Shown: piece by piece, positions 1 to 7,600 of the stretch | Position numbering within the stretch: position 1 is the stretch's first letter | How the letters are laid out: each line of letters starts with the position of its first letter | NCBI GenBank assembly: GCA_963847705.1 | Contig: CAWKBC010000038.1 | Location: 1 to 46,870, forward strand | From: an uncultured Pseudomonadota bacterium | GTDB lineage: Bacteria; Myxococcota_A; Polyangia; Fen-1088 | Reading direction: 5' to 3' | DNA: 46,870 nucleotides | Notes under the pieces: model-generated | Told to the model about the DNA's origin: nothing | Databases searched by the model: none | The model's input: the letters and a program-made list of their open reading frames with translations, nothing else | Position numbers and translations under genes: made by a program

Positions 1-29
1 GTTATGATGCCGGCAAGGCGTCGCCCGGC

Positions 30-1640
30 ATGGCCAAAATCATCGTCAGCGGAAACGACCAGCGGCGCGAGTACGACCTCGCCCCGGTCAACACCATCGG
101 CCGCCACCCCGACAACACGCTGCAGATTCTCGATCGGATCGTCTCCAAGGAGCACGCGCAGGTGCTGCGCCAGCCGGATGGCCGGTACCTCTTCCGGGAC
201 CTCGGCAGCCTGAACGGCTCGTTCCTTCACGGCGAGCGGGTGCACGAGCACATCCTGCGCGAGGGGGACGAGATCATGCTGGGCTCGACCTCGCTGACCT
301 TCCAGGAGAGGTCGGCCGCAGGACTCGCTGCTGCAGAAGGTGACCATCGCGCCGTCGGTGACCGAGGCGCTCATCCGCCAGAAGATCCAGGCGCCGTCGC
401 GCGTCGACGCGAGTTCCTCCCCGAGCGGGAGATCTTCGACGTCGAGGTGCTGCGGCGCGACTACGAGAAGCTGCGCCTGGCCAACGAGCTCGGACGCTCG
501 ATCGGCCTCGAGGTGAACCTCGAGCTCTTGCTCGAGCAGATCATCATGAAGGCGTTCGAGCTGATCCCCGCCGACCGGGGCGTGATCTTGCTGCTGGAGG
601 ACGGCGTCCCGCAGCCGAAGATCGCCAAGACCCGCGACGGCAAGAACGAGCAGATCGTGCTGTCGAAGTCGATCCTGGCCGAGGTGGTGACCAACAAGGC
701 CTCGGTGCTGTCGTCGGACGCCACCATGGACAGCCGCTTCTCGGCCGCCCACTCGGTCATCATGCAGGGGATCCGCTCGACGATGACGGTGCCGCTGCTG
801 CACCGCGACGAGCTGCTGGGGATCATGCACCTCGACTCGATGATCGCCACCAACGCCTTCACCGAGAAGGACCTGCAGATCTTCGGCGGAATCGCCAGCC
901 AGGCGGCGGTCGCCATCCACAACTCGGAGCTGGCGCGCAAGATCGAGCACGAGGCCAAGACGCGCGCGCAGTTCCAGCGCCTGCTGTCGCCCAACCTGGT
1001 CGATCAGGTGGTGCAGGGGAAGCTGCAGCTCGAAAAAGGCGGCGCGCTCTCCGAGATCACCCTGCTCTTCTCGGACATCCGCGGCTTCACCTCGATGAGC
1101 GAGTCGCGCGAGCCGCAGGAGATCGTCCGCATGCTCAACGAGTACTTCGAGCTGATGGTGGACGTGATCTTCAAGTACGAAGGGACGCTGGACAAGTTCG
1201 TCGGCGACGAGGTGATCGCCCTCTTCGGCGCGCCGGTGGCCATGGAGAACGCCGAGTTCAAGGCGGTGCAGTGCGCGCTCGACATGATGCGCGTCCTCTC
1301 CGAGTGGAACCGCACGCGCGCCGCCGAGGGTCAGAACGAGATCAACATCGGCATCGGGATCAACACCGGCATCGTGGTCACGGGCGCCATCGGCAGCTCG
1401 CGCGCGCTCCAGTACACCGCCATCGGCGACGCGGTGAACACCACCTCGCGCCTCTGCAACATCGCGCAGCCCGGGCAGGTCATCTTGTCGGAGGCCACCT
1501 ACCGCAAGGTGCAGGACGCGGTGGCGGCGGTGCCGCTCCCGCCGGTCCGCGTGAAGGGCAAGGCGGACGAGCTCCGCGTCTACAACGCCGTCGGCCTGCG
1601 CAACCGCGAATACCGCGCCGAAAACACCCGGCCGGGCTGA
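30..1640 (+). CDS. FHA-GAF-class III adenylate/guanylate cyclase
   Basis: N-terminal FHA (IGRHPDN, VSKEHA, DLGSLNGS), central GAF domain, and C-terminal cyclase motifs LFSDIRGFT, DKFVGD, GIGINTG and YTAIGDAVN..SRL. The Lys/Thr specificity residues favour ATP. Likely compensating indels at ~315-410. Confidence 0.92.
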   Translation: MAKIIVSGNDQRREYDLAPVNTIGRHPDNTLQILDRIVSKEHAQVLRQPDGRYLFRDLGSLNGSFLHGERVHEHILREGDEIMLGSTSLTFQERSAAGLAAAEGDHRAVGDRGAHPPEDPGAVARRREFLPEREIFDVEVLRRDYEKLRLANELGRSIGLEVNLELLLEQIIMKAFELIPADRGVILLLEDGVPQPKIAKTRDGKNEQIVLSKSILAEVVTNKASVLSSDATMDSRFSAAHSVIMQGIRSTMTVPLLHRDELLGIMHLDSMIATNAFTEKDLQIFGGIASQAAVAIHNSELARKIEHEAKTRAQFQRLLSPNLVDQVVQGKLQLEKGGALSEITLLFSDIRGFTSMSESREPQEIVRMLNEYFELMVDVIFKYEGTLDKFVGDEVIALFGAPVAMENAEFKAVQCALDMMRVLSEWNRTRAAEGQNEINIGIGINTGIVVTGAIGSSRALQYTAIGDAVNTTSRLCNIAQPGQVILSEATYRKVQDAVAAVPLPPVRVKGKADELRVYNAVGLRNREYRAENTRPG

Positions 1641-1665
1641 CGTCGGCGACGAAGCGGGGGAGAGC

Positions 1666-2868
1666 TTGCGGTCGATCCTCTGTCTGCTCGGCCTGCTGCT
1701 CGCGCTCGGGGCCGCGGCCGCGGGCGCGCTCATCGTGCTGCCAGCGCCCGGCAAGACGCTGGCGCTGGCGGCCATCGTCGCCTCCGAGCGGAGCGCCTTC
1801 CTGGTCGCCGCGGCGGTGGTCGCGCTGGGGATCGCGCTGGTCCTGCGCGGCATCGGCTCGCCCTTCATCGCCTCGGTGATCGCCCTCTCGTCGGTCTCGG
1901 CCATCGCGCTCGGCCTCATCCCGCTGGTGCAGGCGCGGCAGATCGCGCAGGCGCGCGGGGTGCCGCTCGATCTCAAGCGCTACCTGCACGCCCAGACCGA
2001 CCGCGACGCGACCGGGCACCCCGATCGGACCGTCCCCTTTGCCACCGTCGACGGCGGCCGCGTGCTGTCGCTCGACGTCTACCTGCCCTCGCCCCGGCCG
2101 GCCACGCCAAGCCGCCCGCTGCTGGTGGTGCACGGCGGGTTCTGGGCGGCCGGCCAGCGCGGCGAAGCCTCGCTCACCAGCCGCGGGCTGGCCGAGCATG
2201 GGTTCACCGTGTTCGACGTGGAGTACCGGATCGCGCCGCAACCCAACTGGCAGACCGCGCTCGGCGACGTCAAGTGCGCCATCCGCTGGGTCAAGCAGCA
2301 CGCCAGCACCGACGACTGGAACGTCGATCCGAAGAAGGTCGCGCTGCTCGGCCGCTCCGCCGGCGCGCACCTGGCGCTGATGGCGGCCTACACGGCGACC
2401 GCGGAGGATCTCCCCTCCAGCTGCCCGCCCGTTGGGGTGGCCGGCGCATCCGGCCTGGGCAGCTCCGTGGACAGCTCCGTCGAGTCGGTCGTTTCCCTCT
2501 ACGGTCCGACGGACCTCGCCTGGGCTTACGCCCACCCGGCCAACCTCCACGCCGCCGACAGTCCCGCGAGGCTGCGGGCGTTCCTGGGCGATGCGCCCGA
2601 GCGAGAGCCCGAGCGCTACCGGGCAATGTCCCCGATCGAACGTGCGACCGCGACCGCGCCGCGCACGCTGCTGGCGCAGGGGGGCCGCGATCAGTTCGTG
2701 GCGCCCGATCAGATGGAGCGGCTCGCGGCGCGCCTGGCCGCCCTCGGCGTGCCGCACGAGACGCTCTTCATCCCCTACGCCCAGCACGCCTTCGACTTCG
2801 TCCCCGGCAGCTTCTCGAGTCAGATCCTCGAAGCGACGCTGCTGGCGTTCTTGCGCGATTCTCACTGA
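1666..2868 (+). CDS. Membrane-anchored alpha/beta hydrolase (esterase/lipase)
   Basis: N-terminal hydrophobic helices, VVHGGFW oxyanion motif, GRSAG nucleophile elbow, GGRDQFV Asp and QHAFD His. Confidence 0.88.
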   Translation: MRSILCLLGLLLALGAAAAGALIVLPAPGKTLALAAIVASERSAFLVAAAVVALGIALVLRGIGSPFIASVIALSSVSAIALGLIPLVQARQIAQARGVPLDLKRYLHAQTDRDATGHPDRTVPFATVDGGRVLSLDVYLPSPRPATPSRPLLVVHGGFWAAGQRGEASLTSRGLAEHGFTVFDVEYRIAPQPNWQTALGDVKCAIRWVKQHASTDDWNVDPKKVALLGRSAGAHLALMAAYTATAEDLPSSCPPVGVAGASGLGSSVDSSVESVVSLYGPTDLAWAYAHPANLHAADSPARLRAFLGDAPEREPERYRAMSPIERATATAPRTLLAQGGRDQFVAPDQMERLAARLAALGVPHETLFIPYAQHAFDFVPGSFSSQILEATLLAFLRDSH

Positions 2869-4214
2869 GTGGCGGGCTCTGCCGGCGTTTCTTCGGCGAG
2901 CGCGCGCGCCACCGCGTCGGCCAGCGTGCGGCGGCGGTCGGCCAGCCGCTGCGCCGTCTTGAAGTGCAGCGCCCGCAACGAGACGGCGCGCCAGCCGGCC
3001 ACGCCGTCTCGCACCAGCTCCTCGAAGCGGAGCGCCACGTAGCCGCCGGCGACGCCGAGCGCGAACGTCGGCAGCGCCCAGAGCGCGCCCCAGAGCCGGC
3101 CGGCGACGAGCGCCTCCGCCGTCCAGCCGACGATGAGGAACAACGTCCCGGCGAACAGCTTGACCGTGCTGAGGATGTCCTCGTCCTGGGTCACCCGGGG
3201 CGCGATCCACCCCGCGAAGCGGTAGGGAATCCAGCCCATGACCGCGCCCAGCGCCGCCAGCGGCGCGGCGACGACCAGCTTGGCGACGGCCGCGGCGAGC
3301 GTGCCGACACGCGGTGCGGTCAGCTCCAGCGCCCAGGGATCGCGAACCCCGAGCCGTCGGAGCGTCTGCCAGTAGCCGCGCACCTCGGCCACGATCGTCT
3401 CGAGGCGCGCCGGATCTCTGGCTCGCATCCGCGCGTAGGCGGCCGCCAGCTCGCGGGCCCGCCGGTGGCCCGCCGCCGGGTCGTTCGGATCGTCGCCGCT
3501 CTTCGGATCGCTGGTCCAGCGCGCCACCCGCGCGATCCCCGCCAGGAGCTCGCGCGATTCGGCCTGCAGCACGACCTCGTCGAGGCGCGCGCCGATCTCC
3601 TCGGTGAGCGCCGTGACCGCGGCGCGCTCGTCCTGGCGGTAGGCCGGGAGGCGAGGCGCGACCTCGATCGGCTCTCCCACCACCAGCAGCACCGAGGATC
3701 GAAAGGTGGTCTTGCGCTCATAGCTGAGACCGACCGGAACGACGACGACCCCGAGCCCGCCGTCATGCTCCGCCTCCGCCGAGAGCGCGATGCGCGCCGC
3801 GCCCGTCTTGAGCGGCCGCATCTCGGGATCGGAGTGGGAGACCCCCTCCGGGAACAGCGCCAGCACGCCGCCCGCCGCCAGCTCGGCCCGGCAGCGCGCG
3901 AAGCTGGCGTCGTTGCGAGAGGCGTCCTGCCCGCGCGCCCCCGACTCGTGGGCGCGATAGACGGGGATGCTGCCGAAGGCGTTCATCGCCAACCGGCCGA
4001 GCGGATTGCCGAAGAGCGTGCTCTTGGCCAAGAAGCGCGACGGCCGCCCCGTCGCCACCCGCAAGACGATGGGATCGAGAAGGCCGTTCGGGTGGTTGAG
4101 GACGAACACCAGCGGCTTGCCGCGCGGAATCCGCTGGTCGCCGTCGAGGGTCCGCGCCGGATAGTAGAGCCGCACCAGCGCCTCGCCCAACCAACGAACC
4201 AGCGCCGCGAGCAC
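2862..4214 (-). CDS. Lysophospholipid/glycerol-3-phosphate acyltransferase family protein with C-terminal TM helices
   Basis: NHPNGLLD (HX4D), FLAKSTLF, ALFPEG and LKTGAAR motifs. Start placed at GTG 4214 (VLAALVRW), 6 nt after a TATCAT -10-like hexamer. Confidence 0.88.
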   Translation of the reverse strand: MLAALVRWLGEALVRLYYPARTLDGDQRIPRGKPLVFVLNHPNGLLDPIVLRVATGRPSRFLAKSTLFGNPLGRLAMNAFGSIPVYRAHESGARGQDASRNDASFARCRAELAAGGVLALFPEGVSHSDPEMRPLKTGAARIALSAEAEHDGGLGVVVVPVGLSYERKTTFRSSVLLVVGEPIEVAPRLPAYRQDERAAVTALTEEIGARLDEVVLQAESRELLAGIARVARWTSDPKSGDDPNDPAAGHRRARELAAAYARMRARDPARLETIVAEVRGYWQTLRRLGVRDPWALELTAPRVGTLAAAVAKLVVAAPLAALGAVMGWIPYRFAGWIAPRVTQDEDILSTVKLFAGTLFLIVGWTAEALVAGRLWGALWALPTFALGVAGGYVALRFEELVRDGVAGWRAVSLRALHFKTAQRLADRRRTLADAVARALAEETPAEPATQ

Positions 4215-4327
4215 ACCCGAATGATACGTCAGCCCCGGGGCACCTCTCGTTGCAAAGCGTTCGCCCCCGCCACGGCGCTCCCGCAACCCCCGCGCGCTCG
4301 CATGGTACCCTCGACGGCGCGGGTTAA

Positions 4328-5332
4328 ATGCGTCTGACGAACCTGCGACGTGCACGCGCCAGCCTTTCCGCTCTCACGCTCGTGCTCTTGTTCACCGCGT
4401 CGGGCCAGCCAGCACACGGCGCCGCGCTGTCCGTCGACGCACCGGACTCGTGTGTCGATCCGGCGGCGCTGGCCGACGAGGTGAGCGACCTGATCGGCAA
4501 GCCGCTGGCCTCGGTCGCCGAGGTCGACTTTCGGATTCAGATCGCCAAGACGACGCGCCAGCGGTGGCGCCTGAAGCTGGAGACGATTGGGCTGCGCACC
4601 GCAGGGGTGGGCGAGCCGGCGGTCCGGGGCAGCCGCGAAATCGAAGGGGCGACCTGCGCCGAGCTGGCCGAGGCGGCGTCCGTGGCCATCGCGGTCTCGG
4701 TGCGATCGATCGCCGGCGAGGCCGGCCCGATCGAGCCGCAGCCGCAGCCAGCGCCGGCGATCCTGCCGCCGCCCTCACCGCCGGTCGGGGCGCCGCCCTC
4801 TTTGGAACGCAGCGGAGAAGGGACACCCTCCTGGCGTCCCGCCGTCGCGCTGGCGCTGACCACAGACACCGGCGCCCTCCCCAGCACCAGCATCGGCGTC
4901 GGACTGGCCGGGAGCGTCCAACACCGATCGCTGCAGCTCGGGTTGCTGGCCACCTGGTTCGGGTCGGAGGACGCCACCGGCGCGGACCACACGGGCGGCA
5001 CCTTTCAGCTCGCGGTCGGCGGCGCGCGCGCCTGTTTCGCCCCGCGCAGGGGGCGCTGGACGCCGCTTGCCTGCGGCGGGTTCGAGCTCGGACGCCTGAG
5101 CGGGACCGGACAGGGCGTCGCGCGCCCGGAGACGGGAGAGGCCCTCTGGAGAGCCCTGCGCGCCAATCTGGGCGTGACGATGGCGCTCGGCGGCAATACG
5201 GGGCTCTTGCTGACCGGCGGAGTGGCGGTCCCGCTGGCGCGCCCGGCCTTCGTGCTCGACGGAAGTGAGCTGGTCTACCGGCCGAGTCGCCTGGCGGGTC
5301 GGTTCACGGCCGGCCTCCAGATCGGATTTTGA
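4328..5332 (+). CDS. Exported protein: 2-Cys N-domain, Pro-rich linker, C-terminal beta-barrel-like domain (first gene of ECF cassette 1)
   Basis: Signal peptide, APDSC...GATCAELAEAASVAI domain, PQPQPAPAILPPPSPP linker, and alternating amphipathic strands ending AGLQIGF. Confidence 0.75.
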   Translation: MRLTNLRRARASLSALTLVLLFTASGQPAHGAALSVDAPDSCVDPAALADEVSDLIGKPLASVAEVDFRIQIAKTTRQRWRLKLETIGLRTAGVGEPAVRGSREIEGATCAELAEAASVAIAVSVRSIAGEAGPIEPQPQPAPAILPPPSPPVGAPPSLERSGEGTPSWRPAVALALTTDTGALPSTSIGVGLAGSVQHRSLQLGLLATWFGSEDATGADHTGGTFQLAVGGARACFAPRRGRWTPLACGGFELGRLSGTGQGVARPETGEALWRALRANLGVTMALGGNTGLLLTGGVAVPLARPAFVLDGSELVYRPSRLAGRFTAGLQIGF

Positions 5333-5359
5333 GACGGATTTTGAGCCAGCCTCATTTTT

Positions 5360-5393
5360 CCGAAACGGATTTGCCCCCGCCCGGAGACCCACC
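5360..5393 (+). promoter_or_regulatory. Putative autoregulatory ECF-sigma promoter upstream of the sigma gene
   Basis: ccgaaacggatttgcccccgcccggagacccacc matches 6681-6714 at 27/34 positions without gaps and ends 15 nt before the TTG start. Confidence 0.6.
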
Positions 5394-5408
5394 GGGAGGC
5401 GCGCTGTC

Positions 5409-5969
5409 TTGAAATCGGTCCCGCTCACCCCCGGCAAGCCGCCCCCAGGGCCGCGCGCGCAGCCTGAAGCCCCACAGAGCTTCGATGAGATCTACGACCG
5501 TTACTTTCCCTTCGTCTGGCGCTGCCTGCGCGGGATGGGCCTCGGCCCAGCCGCCCTGGACGACGCTGCCCAGGATGTCTTCCTGGTCGTGCACCGCCAG
5601 CTGGGCGGCTTCCGGGGCGAATCGAGCGCCCAGACCTGGCTGTACGGGATCGCCCGGCACGTGGCCTCCAACCACCAGCGGCGAGACCAGCGCAAACAGG
5701 CGCCGCTCGAGCCTCTGGTGTCCGAGCCCGCGCACCCCGAGCCCGGGCCGCTCGAACGGGCCGAAGACGCGGAAGCCGCAGCGTTCGTGGCGGCCTTCGT
5801 GGCAGGCCTCGACGACAAGAAGCGAGATCTCTTCATCCTCGCGGTGCTGGAAGAGATGACCATCCCCGAGGTGGCCGCCGCGCTGGCGATTCCGCTCAAC
5901 ACCGCCTACACGCGCCTCCGCAGCGTGCGGGCCGACTTCGAGCGCGCGCTCGGGAGCCGAAGGTCATGA
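5409..5969 (+). CDS. ECF-type RNA polymerase sigma-70 factor
   Basis: Region 2 (FDEIYDRY..DDAAQDVFL..FRGESS..TWLYGIA) and region 4 (EMTIPEVA..IPLNTAYTRL). TTG start with GGGAGG RBS. Confidence 0.92.
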   Translation: MKSVPLTPGKPPPGPRAQPEAPQSFDEIYDRYFPFVWRCLRGMGLGPAALDDAAQDVFLVVHRQLGGFRGESSAQTWLYGIARHVASNHQRRDQRKQAPLEPLVSEPAHPEPGPLERAEDAEAAAFVAAFVAGLDDKKRDLFILAVLEEMTIPEVAAALAIPLNTAYTRLRSVRADFERALGSRRS

Positions 5970-6736
5970 CCGGCGACGAGCGCGATCCGTCCGAGGTGCT
6001 GGCGCGGGCGCGGCGCGCCTGGTCGCCCGGCCAAGCCGACGCCGCGCGCGTGCGGCGTGCGCTCGGCGCGGCGCTGGCTGCCGACCCTTCTTCGGGCGGG
6101 GGCGCAGCGCCCGCCCGCCCGCCCGAGTCGGCGTCGGCGTCGAGTTGGACTTCGAGGTTCTTGGTCGCGGGCGCGATCGCGGCCGCGAGCGGAGGCGCCG
6201 GGTACTGGGCCGGTCATCGTGCGGGTAGGCGCGAGGGACGGCCGACCACTTCGATGCTCTCGCTTGAGGCTCCGAAGGCGGTGGCTCCCGCGCCGAGGCC
6301 GGCGCTCGCGCCGTCACCCGTTGCGGAGAGCCCGCCGCTGGCGATGCCGTCGGTCGTCCCCTCCCGTCACGACGCCCATGGCGCACGACGCGGCTCGGAG
6401 AGCCAAACACCCACCCAGACCGAATCCCTGGCCATCGAGGTCCGCGCGCTGCGCAACGCCGAGCGGGCGCTTCGCGATGGAACTCCAGGGCTGGCGCTGG
6501 CCTTCCTGCAGGAGCTGGATCGTCAGGTCCCGAACGGCAAGCTGGCCGAGGAGCGCGACGCGGCCAGCACGCTCGCCCGCTGCGCCCGCGGCGATCACCC
6601 CTTCGGCGTCGACCTGGCGGCGGAGTTCACCGAACACCACCCAGGGAGCGTCTACCGCGCCCGCGTCGAGCAGGCCTGTACCGAGACGGATTCGCCCCGC
6701 CTCGGAGACTCATCCCCGAGGAGGTCAGATCGATGA
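5966..6736 (+). CDS. Putative anti-sigma factor (single TM, Pro-rich linker, C-terminal TPR-like helical domain)
   Basis: ATGA overlap with the sigma gene, hydrophobic FLVAGAIAAASGGAGYW segment, and C-terminal LAIEVRALRNAERALRDG..ALAFL..PNGKLAEER helical pattern. Confidence 0.7.
   Translation: MTGDERDPSEVLARARRAWSPGQADAARVRRALGAALAADPSSGGGAAPARPPESASASSWTSRFLVAGAIAAASGGAGYWAGHRAGRREGRPTTSMLSLEAPKAVAPAPRPALAPSPVAESPPLAMPSVVPSRHDAHGARRGSESQTPTQTESLAIEVRALRNAERALRDGTPGLALAFLQELDRQVPNGKLAEERDAASTLARCARGDHPFGVDLAAEFTEHHPGSVYRARVEQACTETDSPRLGDSSPRRSDR
6681..6714 (+). promoter_or_regulatory. Second copy of the putative ECF promoter, upstream of the lipoprotein gene
   Basis: ccgagacggattcgccccgcctcggagactcatc, followed by GAGGAGG RBS and ATG 6733. 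Confidence 0.6.
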
Positions 6737-7569
6737 GAAACGAACGAACGCTGACTCTGGTGGCTCTGCTCTGCGGCGCCGGAGCGCCGCTGGCCTGCTC
6801 GGGCGGCGGGGCCGTCAACATCGGCAACACGAACGTGGCCGGGGCCCAGCTCTCCGACTATGCGGCCAGCTGGGACGGTTACGCCGAGGCTTACACTTTC
6901 AGGCCAGACGGCTCAGACCGGGTTCGTCTGGCGATCGATGCGAGCGGACAGGGGACGTTCCGGGTGGGAAATGCGACGACGCTGCTGTCACCCCCGACCG
7001 ATCCGAACGTCGGATATCCGCCCGGAATTTCGGCGCTCGGCGCGAATGACGGGCCGAGAGAGGACTTTCTGTACCCAATTCACGCGGCGAACGTTCAAGA
7101 GTCCCGGATTCAACTCGGAATCAACACAGAGGATCTCTTCGCGGCCTGGTGCCCTCTGCAGACACCCATTCCGTACTATGAGACCACCACGGTCAACGAT
7201 GCCGGTAGCTCGTACACGGTCACCGCGGCGAGCGACGCCGGAACTGTTTCCACTTCGTACAGTTGCGTGCCCAATCTGGGGGGGATGGAGCAGATCAACC
7301 CGGCCACCGGGACCCCGACGAATTGCACGGTCAACGAGCCCGACGGTTCGAGCGCTCCGGTCGATTGCGACAAGTTCTATCTGTGCACCATGGCGTTCGC
7401 CTGCACCTGCACCGCCAGCGGATGCACCATCCCCCCGATGCCGGCCGACGCGACTGCCGCCCAGTACCCGATCGAGCTCGACGGAGCGCTCGATACCACC
7501 GGAAAAATCCTGACCGGAACGCTGGCGCTCGGCGGTCAGCGCATCACCGTCCACCTGACCAAGCAGTAG
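6733..7569 (+). CDS. Cys-rich lipoprotein of unknown function
   Basis: Lipobox PLAC, C-terminal half with multiple Cys (CDKFYLC..FACTCTASGC), ATGA overlap and strong RBS. Confidence 0.78.
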   Translation: MRNERTLTLVALLCGAGAPLACSGGGAVNIGNTNVAGAQLSDYAASWDGYAEAYTFRPDGSDRVRLAIDASGQGTFRVGNATTLLSPPTDPNVGYPPGISALGANDGPREDFLYPIHAANVQESRIQLGINTEDLFAAWCPLQTPIPYYETTTVNDAGSSYTVTAASDAGTVSTSYSCVPNLGGMEQINPATGTPTNCTVNEPDGSSAPVDCDKFYLCTMAFACTCTASGCTIPPMPADATAAQYPIELDGALDTTGKILTGTLALGGQRITVHLTKQ

Positions 7570-7600
7570 CGACCGCCTCGCGACCGCCGAGCGGGGCGCG

